From assembly GCA_038147085.1 (NCBI GenBank), contig JAYQSV010000001.1, forward strand, positions 874,578 to 938,577: DNA of 64,000 bases. The letters are read 5' to 3'. Of the stretch, positions 42,788 through 54,298 are shown in pieces. The notes under the pieces are model-generated. The model ran no database searches, was not told the origin of the DNA, and worked only from the letters and a program-made list of their open reading frames with translations. The position numbers and the translations under genes were made by a program. The number at the start of each line of letters is the position of its first letter. The stretch's first letter is position 1. Source of the stretch: Candidatus Actinomarina sp. GTDB taxonomy: Bacteria > Actinomycetota > Acidimicrobiia > Actinomarinales > Actinomarinaceae.

Positions 42788-44281
42788 ATGAATAAATATC
42801 TCCTACAAGTTAATAACATTTCTAAAAAATTTGGAAATGTTCAGGCTTTAAATAAAGTGAACTTTTCTCTAGAGGAAGGAGTAGTATACGGACTACTTGG
42901 AGAAAATGGAGCTGGTAAGTCAACTTTGATGAATATTTTATCTGGTATATATATGCCAGATAGTGGAAGTATCAGAATTAAAAACAATTTAATTAAAAAA
43001 CTGAATCCTGAAATTGCATCAAATAACGGTATAGGTATGGTGCACCAAGAATTCAGATTAATTGAAAGCTTCACTATTAAAGAAAATCTTATAATATCAA
43101 AATCAAACAAGTTTCAAAATAATTTTGAACAAACCTATAAAAAATACTCAGAGATTTTTGCATTAAATTTAAAGTCTTCAAAATACATTTCTGAACTATC
43201 AGTTGGGGAAAAGCAAAAAGTTGAGATTATGAAATTGTTATTTAACAACAGTTCAATAATGTTGCTAGATGAGCCTACTGCTGTTTTAACCCCTCAGGAA
43301 ACCCAGCAATTAAAAATCTCGTTAGAAACATTATCTAAATCTGAAAAAAAAACAATTGTGCTTATAACTCATAAATTAAAAGAGATAAGAGAGTTTACAG
43401 AAAAAATTTATATTCTGAAAAACGGCAATATGGTTGCTGAAAATATTAATACTAATGAAACAAAAGATATCGAATTAATTCAACTTATGATGGGTAAGGT
43501 TAACAGGAGTGAGATTAAAAAAGATAATATAAAAGGTAAAGCAAAACTAGAAGTTAAAGAAGTTAGTCTTTATTCAAATCAAAACTTAGAAATTTTGAAT
43601 AATATCTCCTTAGAAATTAAAAGTGGAGAAATTTTAGGGGTTGCAGGAGTCTCTGGTAACGGTCAAGTTGAACTTGCAAATGTAATTTGTGGATTAGTAA
43701 AGGATTACAAAGGAACTATTTTTATTTCAGACAAAGACGTTTCAAAAAAAGGTGTTAAGACAAGGAAAAAACTAAAACTTTCATATATTCCAGAAAATAG
43801 ACTGGGTATTGGATTAGCACCAGGAGTTTCTGTTTTAGATAATTCAGCTATAAAAGAATACTTTAAAGCAAGTTACGGCCCACACTTGTCCTCTAAAAAA
43901 TTAAAAACTTATCTTAGTAATTTAATTAATCAATTTGCTATTAAAGCTCCAGATGAAAAAGCAGAAATATCGACACTTTCTGGTGGTAACATGCAAAAAC
44001 TTTTAATGGGCAGAGAATTAATTTCAAACCCAGATGTAATTGTAGCCTCTCAACCAACTCGCGGATTAGATTTCAATGCAGTTGAAGCTATCCATAAATT
44101 ACTAGTAGAACAAAGAAATCAAGGTTCTTCAATAATGTTATTCTCGGAAGATATTGACGAATTATTTAAATTGAGCGACAGAATTATAGTCATGTTTGAA
44201 GGAGCAATCATAAAGGAATTTTCATTAGAAGAATTTTCTACTGACAAATTAGGTCTTGCTATGGCAGGTATTAATGAATAA
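42788..44281 (+). CDS. ABC transporter ATP-binding protein (two fused NBDs), sugar/nucleoside type
   Basis: Walker A GENGAGKST and signatures LSVGEKQKVEI and LSGGNMQK. The ATG at 42788 is preferred because the track start at 42770 lies inside the hairpin. Confidence 0.88.
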   Translation: MNKYLLQVNNISKKFGNVQALNKVNFSLEEGVVYGLLGENGAGKSTLMNILSGIYMPDSGSIRIKNNLIKKLNPEIASNNGIGMVHQEFRLIESFTIKENLIISKSNKFQNNFEQTYKKYSEIFALNLKSSKYISELSVGEKQKVEIMKLLFNNSSIMLLDEPTAVLTPQETQQLKISLETLSKSEKKTIVLITHKLKEIREFTEKIYILKNGNMVAENINTNETKDIELIQLMMGKVNRSEIKKDNIKGKAKLEVKEVSLYSNQNLEILNNISLEIKSGEILGVAGVSGNGQVELANVICGLVKDYKGTIFISDKDVSKKGVKTRKKLKLSYIPENRLGIGLAPGVSVLDNSAIKEYFKASYGPHLSSKKLKTYLSNLINQFAIKAPDEKAEISTLSGGNMQKLLMGRELISNPDVIVASQPTRGLDFNAVEAIHKLLVEQRNQGSSIMLFSEDIDELFKLSDRIIVMFEGAIIKEFSLEEFSTDKLGLAMAGINE

Positions 44282-45332
44282 TTACATTCTTACAAAAAAG
44301 TTAAAAACTAATGAATTATCAACTTTTTATTCTTTTTTATTTGGACTTATAATTGCATTTTTAATAGGTTCAATAATACTTTTTTTGCAATCCAAAAACC
44401 CTTTAGAAGTGTTTTCTTTAATGATCAAACTTTCTGTTGGTAGCTTAAATAGTTTGAGTAATTCATTAAACAAAGCTATTCCTCTAATTTTGGCGGGTTT
44501 AGGAATATCAATTATTAATTCTGTAAAGCTTTGGAATATTGGCGCAGAAGGACAAATATTTATGGGTGCTTTAGCACTTAATTTAGTTTATATAAATGTA
44601 ACAATTGGCAATTCAAACTTATTTATTTTTATTCTTCTCATTTCAGGATTTTTAGGAGGTTCTTTTTGTATATTACTTCCAGCATTGGCAAAAACATTGT
44701 TTGGAGTAAATGAAATTATTACAACTCTATTAACTAACTACATAGTTTTTGGATTAACTATTTACTTAGTTAATGGAGTTTGGAAAGATCCTAATTCATT
44801 AAACTTTCCTGCTGCAGCATATGTTGATAAGTCAGTTTATTTACCTATTGTTACTAGTAAATTGAGTTCCGGATTCCTAATTTGTATCTTGTTCACTTTT
44901 ATAGCTTATTATTTAAAAGAAAAATCTGTCTTTGGATATGAATTAAGAATTGCTGGTGGTTCAGAATTAACCGCTTTGTATGCTGGAATTAAATCAAAAC
45001 AAGTAGCTTTTATAGCAATGTTGATTGGTGGTGGATTTGCAGGATTAGCTGGAGCAATTGAACTTTTAAGTCAGACTCATCGTGTTTCTACAGGGCTATC
45101 TCAAGGATTTGGATACACAGCAATTATTGTTGCAGCTATTACAGGAATGCGTCCAATAGGAATATTTCTTGTTGGAATACTTTTTGGTGCTTTAACAATA
45201 GGTGGATCGGTTATTCAGACAATTGGAGTTAGTTCTTATTTAGCAGAAATTATTCAAGCATCGACACTTTTCGGAGCGTTAATTATCCAGTTTTTCTTCA
45301 ACTATGAAATTAAAAAGGTTGAAAATGTTTGA
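44274..45332 (+). CDS. ABC transporter permease
   Basis: Polytopic membrane protein. The ATG at 44274 overlaps the ATPase stop (ATGAATAA). Confidence 0.8.
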   Translation: MNNYILTKKLKTNELSTFYSFLFGLIIAFLIGSIILFLQSKNPLEVFSLMIKLSVGSLNSLSNSLNKAIPLILAGLGISIINSVKLWNIGAEGQIFMGALALNLVYINVTIGNSNLFIFILLISGFLGGSFCILLPALAKTLFGVNEIITTLLTNYIVFGLTIYLVNGVWKDPNSLNFPAAAYVDKSVYLPIVTSKLSSGFLICILFTFIAYYLKEKSVFGYELRIAGGSELTALYAGIKSKQVAFIAMLIGGGFAGLAGAIELLSQTHRVSTGLSQGFGYTAIIVAAITGMRPIGIFLVGILFGALTIGGSVIQTIGVSSYLAEIIQASTLFGALIIQFFFNYEIKKVENV

Positions 45333-46248
45333 CGTTCAGTTTTTAGGATTACTTAATGCAACTTTACAAGCTGCAACTTTGTTATTTATTGCTGCACTTG
45401 GTGAATTGATAACAGAAAAAGCAGGAATTTTAAATCTTGGAGTTGAAGGAATGATTTCAATTGGTGCAGTAACAGGTTTCATTACTGCAATTAACACTGA
45501 AAATATTTTATTAGCTGCAATTGTCGGAGTACTAAGTGCCTCAATATTTTCATCGATACATGGATTTATTACAGTTATTTTAAAACAAGATCAAACTGTA
45601 TCCGGTTTGATTCTAACGATTCTAGGAATATCTCTTTCTTCAATGATTGGTAAGTCTTATGTTGGAAAAAAACTAGAAGTAAAAATATATAAATTTGGAG
45701 GAGCTAACGAACCTAACTCTGTTTTAGAAGTTTTACTCTCTCAAAATTTAATTTTTTATCTCTCGATAATACTTTTAATAATTGTTTCATTTATATTTAA
45801 TAAAACGTTATTTGGTAAAAGAATTGAAGCTGTTGGCGAAGATTTAAAAGCTTCTAATTCTATGGGTTTAAATATAAATAAAACACAATTTATTGCAACT
45901 TGTGTAGGTGGTGCTTTTGCTGGATTATCTGGAATTTTTCTTACTCTCAGTTACGTTCCATATTGGACAGACAGTATGACTGCTGGTAGGGGCTGGATAG
46001 CTTTAGCTTTAGTAATTTTTGGTGGATGGAAACCATTAAGAACTGCATTTGGAGCTTTATTATTTGGTTTTCTTGAAGCTTTAGGGCCCCGATTGCAGAC
46101 ATATGGTTTTGAAATTAGTCCATATTTAATAAAAATCACTCCATATGTAATTACCATTATCGTTTTAGTAGTCCTGACCATATTTAAAAAAGGAAATACC
46201 GGGGCACCAAAAAATATTGGGGTACCATTCTTTAAAGAAAATCGTTAA
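45325..46248 (+). CDS. ABC transporter permease
   Basis: Polytopic membrane protein. The ATG at 45325 overlaps the previous stop (ATGTTTGA). Confidence 0.8.
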   Translation: MFDVQFLGLLNATLQAATLLFIAALGELITEKAGILNLGVEGMISIGAVTGFITAINTENILLAAIVGVLSASIFSSIHGFITVILKQDQTVSGLILTILGISLSSMIGKSYVGKKLEVKIYKFGGANEPNSVLEVLLSQNLIFYLSIILLIIVSFIFNKTLFGKRIEAVGEDLKASNSMGLNINKTQFIATCVGGAFAGLSGIFLTLSYVPYWTDSMTAGRGWIALALVIFGGWKPLRTAFGALLFGFLEALGPRLQTYGFEISPYLIKITPYVITIIVLVVLTIFKKGNTGAPKNIGVPFFKENR

Positions 46249-46294
46249 AATAAAATTTTTTTAAAATTTTTTGCTATTATTAGTAAGACTTTAA

Positions 46295-46314
46295 TTGATG
46301 TCAGTGAGCATCAG
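46295..46314 (+). promoter_or_regulatory. Small stem-loop (UGAUG-UCAGUGAG-CAUCA) over the pyrR initiation region; possible PyrR site
   Basis: A 5-bp stem with an 8-nt loop. The loop partly resembles the PyrR box core CCAGAGAG. The stem contains the ATG at 46298 and abuts AGAAGGA. Confidence 0.25.
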
Positions 46315-46804
46315 AAGGATAAAAATGGAAATTGAAAAACTTCTTTTTCGGTTAAGCAAAGAAATTGTTGAAACCAACCTTGATAATCCATTAATTCTCG
46401 GAATTCCAAATAGAGGTGATATTTTAGCAAATAGGATTTCTGCAAATTTAACTAGTTTTGGATTTCAACATAATCTTGAAAAAATAAACTATCACCCATT
46501 TCGTGACGATTTAGAGCATGAAGTAGAAAAAACTAAATTGTTTTACTCACCTACTGATAGAAATGTTATTTTAGTTGATGATGTTATTTACACCGGTAGA
46601 ACTATCAGGGCATCAATTGAAGCAGTAATGTTTTCTGGAAGACCAAAATCGATATCATTATTATGTTTAGTTGATAGAGGACATAGAGAACTACCGCTAA
46701 TTCCAAAATTCGTTGGGAAAAATATACCCACGCAAGAAAATGAATATGTCTCCGTACTACTTAGTGAGATTGATCAAATTGACAGAATCGATATCAAGAA
46801 GTGA
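46295..46804 (+). CDS. pyrR: Bifunctional pyrimidine operon regulator / uracil phosphoribosyltransferase PyrR
   Basis: Motifs VILVDDVIYTGRTIRA, DRGHRELPL and VGKNIPT. The start is ambiguous. TTG 46295 or ATG 46298 matches full-length PyrR N-termini, while ATG 46325 is preceded by AGAAGGA. Confidence 0.85.
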   Translation: MMSVSIRRIKMEIEKLLFRLSKEIVETNLDNPLILGIPNRGDILANRISANLTSFGFQHNLEKINYHPFRDDLEHEVEKTKLFYSPTDRNVILVDDVIYTGRTIRASIEAVMFSGRPKSISLLCLVDRGHRELPLIPKFVGKNIPTQENEYVSVLLSEIDQIDRIDIKK

Positions 46805-47679
46805 ATCACTTACTAGATTTTGAAAATATTGATGTTGTAAAATTAGAAAAACTTTTAGATCAAATAATAAATATCAATCAAAATAATTTACAATCTCTTA
46901 ATGCTTTTACATTGTTGAAGTTTGATGAAAGCTCAACTCGAACTAGATTATCTTTTTCAGCAGCTGCCCAAAAACTCGGCATGAAAGTTTTAGAAACTTC
47001 TAATTCTATCTCAGCGAAGTCTAAAGGCGAGAGTTTAAAACATGAAATAGAAACATATAAAGGATTAGGTATAGATGTCCTAGTAATTAGAACAAGAGAA
47101 AACAATATAGATGATTACAAGATGATAAAAGACTTAAGTGTTATCAGTGCTGGATTTGGAACTATATCTCATCCAACACAAGCATTGCTTGATGTTGCAA
47201 CATTATTAAAATTGAATCTTTTAAATAAAGAGATTCCTATTACGTATATTGGTGACTTGAAACATTCAAGAGTTTTTAATTCAGGAAAAAAACTGCTCAA
47301 CAAACTTGGCTATAAAGTTGGTGTTTTTACTAACGATCAATTAATGCCTGAAAATTTAGAGGGATTACATATATTTTCAAATTGGAATGAAATTATTGAG
47401 TCTTCCAATTCAATTGAACTTCTCCGTATTCAAAAAGAAAGAATAGAAAATCTAAATGATTTTGATTTTAAATCTTATATCAGTCAGTATCAATTGACTT
47501 CAACAATTTTAAAAAAAGCAAAAAAAGAGTTAGCAATTCTGCATCCAATGCCTATCAATGTTGATATTGAAATCTCTAAAGAAGCATCTGAAGATCCAAG
47601 GTTTATATATAAAGAACAATTAAAACTTACAGTCCCAACTCGAATAGCTGCATATCGTTATGCATTAGGTTTAGAGTGA
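46801..47679 (+). CDS. pyrB: Aspartate carbamoyltransferase catalytic subunit
   Basis: Motifs SSTRTRLSF, SHPTQALLD and HPMP. The GTG start overlaps the pyrR stop (GTGA). Confidence 0.9.
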   Translation: MNHLLDFENIDVVKLEKLLDQIININQNNLQSLNAFTLLKFDESSTRTRLSFSAAAQKLGMKVLETSNSISAKSKGESLKHEIETYKGLGIDVLVIRTRENNIDDYKMIKDLSVISAGFGTISHPTQALLDVATLLKLNLLNKEIPITYIGDLKHSRVFNSGKKLLNKLGYKVGVFTNDQLMPENLEGLHIFSNWNEIIESSNSIELLRIQKERIENLNDFDFKSYISQYQLTSTILKKAKKELAILHPMPINVDIEISKEASEDPRFIYKEQLKLTVPTRIAAYRYALGLE

Positions 47680-48734
47680 TTACAACACCTTCTTTTATTG
47701 ATCTTCATACTCATACAAGATATCCAGATTTAAATAATTTTCAATATCAAGAAATTGAAAATTCTGCAAAGTTTGGAGGCTATTCAGACCTATTAGCTAT
47801 GGCAAATTCTGAAGTTGTAATAGATAATCTTGATAACTTGTCTACTGCAAAAGAGATTGATGATAAATTAAATTTAAGAATACATAGAGTAGCTTCATTA
47901 TCTAAATCATTAAATGGAGAGGAGCTTGTTGACTTTAAAAAATTTGTAAATGTAGGAATTAGAATTTTCTCAGATGATGGTAAGTCACTAATAAACGATG
48001 ATCTTGCAAAACAAGCATTTAAAACATTAGCTCAACTTGAAAGTGGAATTTTTCAACATTGTGAATCAAATTGCCATTCAAACCCTGGTGATGTAGCACC
48101 TCCAAATTTCAACTCTGAACTTATTGAAATTTATGAAGAAGAAGAGCTCATTATCCTTGAAAGAGATTTGAAATTAGTGGAAAAATACAACACTAGATAT
48201 CATGCTCAACATATCTCTACAAAAAAAAGTGTTGAAATCATTTCAAAAGCAAAGAAATTAGGCTTACCGGTCACAGCAGAAGTTAGCCCTCATCACTTAT
48301 TACTTAGTAATGAAACTATAGATTTTTTTGATGGAACATATAAAATGTATCCTCCTATTAGAAATGAATCAGATAGGATTGCACTTGTTCAAGGGCTTAA
48401 AGATGGAGTAATAGATGTCATTGCAACTGACCATGCACCACATCCAATAGAAACAAAAAAGATAAGTTTTAAAAAAGCAGCAAGAGGTGTTGTTGGTTTA
48501 GAATCTGCTTTCCCAGTTCTATATTCTTCTGGAATATTTTCTCTTGATGAATTAATAAATTATTTACATTTCAATCCTAAAAGAATACTTAAAGAACTTG
48601 GTTATAAGGTTACAAAACCAAATAAAATATCTTGGGTTACAACAGAATCAATTTTTACAACTAAATCTTCATATAGGAATTCTGCTTTTGAAAATAGAAA
48701 AGTATTAATACAAAATGAGTTATTAGATGTATAA
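47676..48734 (+). CDS. pyrC: Dihydroorotase
   Basis: Metal-binding motifs DLHTHTR and ATDHAPH. The GTGA overlaps the pyrB stop. Confidence 0.85.
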   Translation: MITTPSFIDLHTHTRYPDLNNFQYQEIENSAKFGGYSDLLAMANSEVVIDNLDNLSTAKEIDDKLNLRIHRVASLSKSLNGEELVDFKKFVNVGIRIFSDDGKSLINDDLAKQAFKTLAQLESGIFQHCESNCHSNPGDVAPPNFNSELIEIYEEEELIILERDLKLVEKYNTRYHAQHISTKKSVEIISKAKKLGLPVTAEVSPHHLLLSNETIDFFDGTYKMYPPIRNESDRIALVQGLKDGVIDVIATDHAPHPIETKKISFKKAARGVVGLESAFPVLYSSGIFSLDELINYLHFNPKRILKELGYKVTKPNKISWVTTESIFTTKSSYRNSAFENRKVLIQNELLDV

Positions 48735-49827
48735 AAAAACACTGCTAGTAAATGCACAAGGTAATGAATTTTATGGTTGGTCAGAAAATGACTTACTACC
48801 AACTACAGGTGAACTTATCTTTAATACTGCTATGTCCGGTTTTGTAGAAATTTTAAGTGATCCTTCTTATATAAATCAAATTGTATCCTTCACATCTGCA
48901 CACGTTGGAAACTATGGACTATCATCTGAAGACTTTGAGTCTAGTAGCCCTAAAATAGCTGCAGCAATAGGAAATTCTTTTACGACTACACCATCTTCTT
49001 GGAGAAACGAAAAATCGTTAACTGACTGGTTAAAAGAATACGAGATACCTTATAGCGGTGGTTTTGATGTACGGGCAATAACCAAGCACATTAGAAGCAA
49101 TGGCTCTCAAATGTTTGCATTAGGCACTGAAAATTATAGAGACGAACTGATTAATAAATTAAAGTCAGCTAAAAATATAATTGGAGATGATTCTGCCCTT
49201 ACAGCTGGAAAGTTAATAAATAAAACTAATAAAACTCAAGGAAAGGTTGGAATAATTGATTTAGGTGCAAAACAAAGCATTGTAAATGTATTAGAAAATC
49301 GTAATTTTCAAGTTTCAATTATCAAACCTCAAGCTAGTTCTCAAGAAATAAAAAACATGAATTTAAAAGGATTGCTCATATCAAATGGTCCAGGAGACCC
49401 AAGATCTCTCATTGGGGTAATTAACACAGTAAAAGAGCTAATAGGTTCACTCCCTATTTTTGGTATTTGCTTAGGTCACCAAATATTAGGTTTAGCTTGT
49501 GGATTAAAAGTTGAAAAGTTAGATTTTGGTCATCATGGATCAAATCATCCAGTAAAAATTCAAGGCATAAACAAAGCATTAATTACATCTCAAAATCATG
49601 GATTTGCAGTTCAGAATATAAGTGGAAAAGTTGAACATAACAGTTTTGGTCAAATCGAGTCTTATGCAACAAATTTAAATGACGGAAGTAATGAAGGTAT
49701 AAGCATTTGGGATTCAATGGCTTATTCAGTACAATTTCATCCAGAGTCTGGTCCTGGAACTTCAGATGGTTTACAGATATTTGATCCATTTATTGAACTT
49801 ATGGAAAATTATTATGCCAAAAAATAA
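48727..49827 (+). CDS. carA: Carbamoyl-phosphate synthase small subunit
   Basis: GATase triad region GICLGHQ and ...FHPE. Confidence 0.9.
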   Translation: MYKKTLLVNAQGNEFYGWSENDLLPTTGELIFNTAMSGFVEILSDPSYINQIVSFTSAHVGNYGLSSEDFESSSPKIAAAIGNSFTTTPSSWRNEKSLTDWLKEYEIPYSGGFDVRAITKHIRSNGSQMFALGTENYRDELINKLKSAKNIIGDDSALTAGKLINKTNKTQGKVGIIDLGAKQSIVNVLENRNFQVSIIKPQASSQEIKNMNLKGLLISNGPGDPRSLIGVINTVKELIGSLPIFGICLGHQILGLACGLKVEKLDFGHHGSNHPVKIQGINKALITSQNHGFAVQNISGKVEHNSFGQIESYATNLNDGSNEGISIWDSMAYSVQFHPESGPGTSDGLQIFDPFIELMENYYAKK

Positions 49828-52800
49828 AGATATTAAAAGTATTTTAATAATCGGTTCAGGGCCAATAGTAATTGGTCAAGCATGTGAATTTGACTATTCA
49901 GGATCTCAGGCAGCAAAAGTTCTGAAAAATGAAGGTTATAAGGTGATTTTAGTTAACTCCAACCCTGCAACAATTATGACTGATCCGGAATTAGCTGATG
50001 CCACATATATAGAACCGTTAACTTTTGATTTTTTAAAGAAAATTATTGAGATCGAAAAACCAGATGCACTACTTCCAACACTTGGCGGTCAGACGGCTTT
50101 GAATTTAGCTATTGAACTCCATGAAAAAAAAGTACTAGAAAAAAATAATGTTTTGATGCTTGGTGCATCAGCAGAATCTATTGAAATTGCTGAAAATAGA
50201 TGGAAATTCAAAGAGTCAATGGAAAAAGTTGGCATAAAGACTTTAAATGCAAATTATGTAGGAACACTAGTAGAAGGTATTGAAGTAGCCTCGAAAATGG
50301 ACTATCCACTTATGCTAAGGCCATCTTTTATTTTAGGTGGTGGAGGTACAGGTATTGTTAAAGACGAGACGGAATTAATTCACAAACTTAAAGAAGCTTT
50401 TAAAGCCTCTCCTACACAAGAAGTACTCATCGAAGAGTCTGTGTATGGATGGAAAGAATATGAGCTTGAAGTAATGAGAGATTCAGATGGTAATGGAGTA
50501 ATTGTATGTGGTATTGAAAATTTTGACCCTATGGGTATACATACGGGTGACTCTATTACCGTAGCTCCAATTCAAACATTATCAGATAAAGAATATCAAT
50601 CTATGAGAAATGAAGCTCTTTTATGTTTAGATACAATTGGAATAGCTACTGGTGGGAGCAACGTTCAATTTGCGGTTAATCCTGAAAATGGGGACAGACG
50701 AATAATTGAAATGAATCCAAGAGTTTCACGTTCTTCAGCTCTAGCATCTAAAGCAACTGGTTTTCCAATAGCAAAATTTGCAGCACTATTAGCAGTTGGA
50801 TATAACTTGACAGAACTTAAGAATGACATAACACAATCAACTCCGGCTAGCTTTGAACCTGTCCAAGATTATGTAGTAGTAAAAATTCCAAGATTCGATT
50901 TTCCAAAATTTCCATCAACTGATGATATATTAGGCACATCAATGCAAAGCATTGGTGAGGTTATGTCAATTGCGTCTACATTTACAGAAAGTTTAACTAA
51001 AGCTATAAGATCTTTAGAAATTGGCAAAACAGGAATTAGAAATATTGATAATAGATTTATAAATCTTTCAAAAATTCATTTAGAGGAAGAAATTAAAACA
51101 CCAAGACCAAGAAGAATTTTTGCAATTTTAGAAGCTATTAGAAGAAACTGGTCAATTGAACATATTTCAAATCTTTCATATGTAGATCCTTGGTTTTTAC
51201 AAGAGATTGAAAAAAGTTTTAATGTAACTCCAGAAACTACACCTTCATCAATATTAAAAATGTTAGGTTGGACAGAGGATGATCTCGAAACCAAAGATCA
51301 AAAGTTGGAGCTAGAAGCAAATAGAGTATATAAATTGGTTGATACATGTTCAGCAGAATTTAATTCTAAAACACCCTATCTTTACTCAACAAGTGGTGTT
51401 GAAAATGATGATATAGCTTCAGAAAACAAAAAAGTAGTAATTATTGGTTCTGGCCCAAACAGAATTGGACAAGGAATTGAGTTTGATTATTGCTGTGTTC
51501 ATGGAGTTGAATCTTTAAAAGAAAATAATTATGAAGCAATTATGATTAACTCAAACCCTGAAACGGTCTCTACAGATTATGATACGGCTAATAAATTATA
51601 TTTTGAACCGCTTTCTTGGAACGAAGTTAAAGCAGTTTTAGACAAAGAAAAACCCAATTCTGTAATTATTCAACTTGGAGGACAAACTCCTTTAAAACTT
51701 GCAAGAAATATAGTCAAAGCAGGATACACCATTGCTGGTTCAACTTTAGAAGTTATCGAATCAACCGAAGACCGAGATTTATTTCAAAAACTCTGTAATA
51801 CATTAAATATAAATCAACCTCAATCTGAAATAGCAACTAATGCAGATGCATTATCTAAAGCTGTACAAAATATTGGATATCCTGTTTTATTACGTCCAAG
51901 TTATGTTTTAGGTGGAAGGGCAATGAGAGTTGTTCAAAATGATAGGGAGCTTAACAACTATCTTAAAGTTCTGTCTACAACTGATGATGATGGGAACCCG
52001 TTTAATCTAGGGCCAATTCTTGTTGACGAGTATTTAACAGATACAGTTGAAATTGATGTCGATTTAATTTCTGACGGTACTGAAGTTTTTATTGCAGGAA
52101 TTTTAGAACATCTTGAACTAGCAGGTGTACATAGTGGGGATTCAACTGCTGTACTTCCACCATTTAGCATTAGCGATTCACTTGTAGAAGAAATAAAAGA
52201 AAAAAGTACTAAATTAGCAATATCACTAAAAGTTAAAGGACTGCTGAATATTCAATTTGCAATAAAAGAAGGTGTGATTTATATTCTTGAAGCAAACCCA
52301 AGAGCTTCTAGAACAATGCCTTTTGTTGCAAAAGTTACTTCTAATCAAATAATCAAAGCAGGGACATTAACGATGCTTGGACATTCTATTAAAGAAATTA
52401 AAGAAAATACAAATTACCTTTCTGGAAAAACTAAAAAAATTGCAATAAAAAAAGCAATTTTCCCATGGTCAAGATTTCCTGCTGAAGACACAATGCTTGG
52501 ACCAGAAATGAAAGCAACGGGTGAAGTTTTAGGTATCGGAAAAACTTTTGGTACAGCTTTAAATAAAGCTTATGCTGCTTCAGGAGTTGAAATTGGGAAA
52601 AAACAGAAAGGAGTTTTTATAACATTAAGTGACGATCAGAAACAAAACTTTGTTGAGACTGCTAAAAAGTTTGAAAAATTAGGTTTTAAGATTTATACGA
52701 CCGAAGGAACTGGTAGCTATCTTAGTTCATTTGGAATTTCTTCAACAATAGTTGAAAGAGCAAATAAAGAAAAACCCACTTCTTTAACAATAATAGAAGA

Positions 52801-52996
52801 TGAGTTAATCTCATTAGTCATAAATACACCAACATATGCAAATGAATACTCCGATGGATGGAAAATAAGAAGATTATCACACAGTACAGGAGTAGCAGTT
52901 GTTTCTTCCGTAAGAGAAGCTGAAGCTTTTATTTTTGCTTTTACAGAAAAGGAAGGTGTTTTAAATGACTTGGAGGCGATACAAAATGTTAGTTAA
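49814..52996 (+). CDS. carB: Carbamoyl-phosphate synthase large subunit
   Basis: Duplicated ATP-grasp halves, each preceded by IIGSGP(I/N)xIGQxxEFDY. The ATG at 49814 gives [17 protein letters not shown]. Confidence 0.95.
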   Translation: MPKNKDIKSILIIGSGPIVIGQACEFDYSGSQAAKVLKNEGYKVILVNSNPATIMTDPELADATYIEPLTFDFLKKIIEIEKPDALLPTLGGQTALNLAIELHEKKVLEKNNVLMLGASAESIEIAENRWKFKESMEKVGIKTLNANYVGTLVEGIEVASKMDYPLMLRPSFILGGGGTGIVKDETELIHKLKEAFKASPTQEVLIEESVYGWKEYELEVMRDSDGNGVIVCGIENFDPMGIHTGDSITVAPIQTLSDKEYQSMRNEALLCLDTIGIATGGSNVQFAVNPENGDRRIIEMNPRVSRSSALASKATGFPIAKFAALLAVGYNLTELKNDITQSTPASFEPVQDYVVVKIPRFDFPKFPSTDDILGTSMQSIGEVMSIASTFTESLTKAIRSLEIGKTGIRNIDNRFINLSKIHLEEEIKTPRPRRIFAILEAIRRNWSIEHISNLSYVDPWFLQEIEKSFNVTPETTPSSILKMLGWTEDDLETKDQKLELEANRVYKLVDTCSAEFNSKTPYLYSTSGVENDDIASENKKVVIIGSGPNRIGQGIEFDYCCVHGVESLKENNYEAIMINSNPETVSTDYDTANKLYFEPLSWNEVKAVLDKEKPNSVIIQLGGQTPLKLARNIVKAGYTIAGSTLEVIESTEDRDLFQKLCNTLNINQPQSEIATNADALSKAVQNIGYPVLLRPSYVLGGRAMRVVQNDRELNNYLKVLSTTDDDGNPFNLGPILVDEYLTDTVEIDVDLISDGTEVFIAGILEHLELAGVHSGDSTAVLPPFSISDSLVEEIKEKSTKLAISLKVKGLLNIQFAIKEGVIYILEANPRASRTMPFVAKVTSNQIIKAGTLTMLGHSIKEIKENTNYLSGKTKKIAIKKAIFPWSRFPAEDTMLGPEMKATGEVLGIGKTFGTALNKAYAASGVEIGKKQKGVFITLSDDQKQNFVETAKKFEKLGFKIYTTEGTGSYLSSFGISSTIVERANKEKPTSLTIIEDELISLVINTPTYANEYSDGWKIRRLSHSTGVAVVSSVREAEAFIFAFTEKEGVLNDLEAIQNVS

Positions 52997-53624
52997 ACCA
53001 ATTTTCTTTGCTTTAGATGGAAAAACCTTAGAAGAGTTTAGTTTTTATCTAGAAAAATTAAAAGGTAAGATATATGGAGTTAAAGTTGGCTTAGAGTTGT
53101 TTATTTCTGAAGGGCCAGTTGTTGTAGAGCAACTAAAACAAAACGGTTGGAAAGTCTTTTTAGATTTAAAATTACACGATATAACAAATACTGTAAAAGA
53201 AGCAACAATTAGTGCTAGCAACTTAGGAGTTGATTATTTGACTATACATATTGCTTCAGGTTCAGAAGCATTGATTGAAGCAAATCAAAATAAATCAGGA
53301 AGTTTACAAATTTTAGGTGTTAGCTCTGCTTTAACTAGTAAGAATATGGACAATGATTTAAAAGATAAGGTTATTTCAGAATTCTTAACAGCAAGTGAAT
53401 GTAAAATTGATGGAGTTATTTGTCCACCATCAGAACTGAAAAAAACATCTGAACTATTTGATTTATTAGTTACTCCAGGTATTCGCTTTGAAACTGATAA
53501 TTCAAATGATCAAAAAAATATTGCAACACCAAAAGAAGCAATTGAAAAAGGTGCTACGTATTTAGTTATGGGTAGATCAATTAAAAATAATTTGAATTAT
53601 TTTTTAAACGATTTTGAGTTATGA
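52986..53624 (+). CDS. pyrF: Orotidine 5'-phosphate decarboxylase
   Basis: Motifs FALDG, KVGLELF and DLKLHDI. The ATG at 52986 overlaps the carB stop. Confidence 0.88.
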   Translation: MLVKPIFFALDGKTLEEFSFYLEKLKGKIYGVKVGLELFISEGPVVVEQLKQNGWKVFLDLKLHDITNTVKEATISASNLGVDYLTIHIASGSEALIEANQNKSGSLQILGVSSALTSKNMDNDLKDKVISEFLTASECKIDGVICPPSELKKTSELFDLLVTPGIRFETDNSNDQKNIATPKEAIEKGATYLVMGRSIKNNLNYFLNDFEL

Positions 53625-54298
53625 TTAAATTTATTTCTGCTCCTTTTGGAAACTATATTAAAACTAAAGAAACTATTTCTGTTACTGGAAGCTGGACTGT
53701 ACAAAAAAGAAATGGCAGAATCAAACAAATTGTAAAAACATTAAGATATACAAAACGAGGTTGGGTAAATAAGATTGGTCTAAGAAATCCAGGACTAGAG
53801 TATGGCTTAAAACACCATAAAGATAATGAGGTTATGTCTTTAGCTGGAATAAATCCCAATGATTGGAATATTTTCTGTGAGCAAATACCTTCTAATTTTG
53901 ATTTGGAAATAAATTTATCGTGTCCAAATATTGAATCACATGAAACTTCAGGAATTGAAAATTTTGAAAGTGAAAATAGAAAATGGTTTATTGGAAAGAT
54001 TTCACCTTTAACAACTAATGAAGAGCTTGATGAATATATTGAAAAATTTAAATTTAAACAAATTCATGCATGCAATACATTACCTATTGATAGAGGTGGT
54101 TTGAGTGGTAGAGAGCTAATACCATATACTGAGAAATTTATTAAATATATAAAAAAACACTACCCCTCAGTTGAGATTATTGCAGGTGGTGGGATACAAT
54201 CAAAAAAAGATATTGAAAACTATCTAAACCTTGGTGCTGATCACATCAGCTTAGGTACAATTTGTTTTAACCCACTAAACTTAAGAAAGCTATTATGA
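53621..54298 (+). CDS. pyrD: Miniaturised class-1-like dihydroorotate dehydrogenase (225 aa)
   Basis: The core motifs are retained: VNKIGLRNPG, EINLSCPN (catalytic Cys), GKISP, ACNT, GGLSG, IIAGGGI and GADHISLGT. ATGA overlaps link it to pyrF and the next gene. Confidence 0.7.
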   Translation: MIKFISAPFGNYIKTKETISVTGSWTVQKRNGRIKQIVKTLRYTKRGWVNKIGLRNPGLEYGLKHHKDNEVMSLAGINPNDWNIFCEQIPSNFDLEINLSCPNIESHETSGIENFESENRKWFIGKISPLTTNEELDEYIEKFKFKQIHACNTLPIDRGGLSGRELIPYTEKFIKYIKKHYPSVEIIAGGGIQSKKDIENYLNLGADHISLGTICFNPLNLRKLL

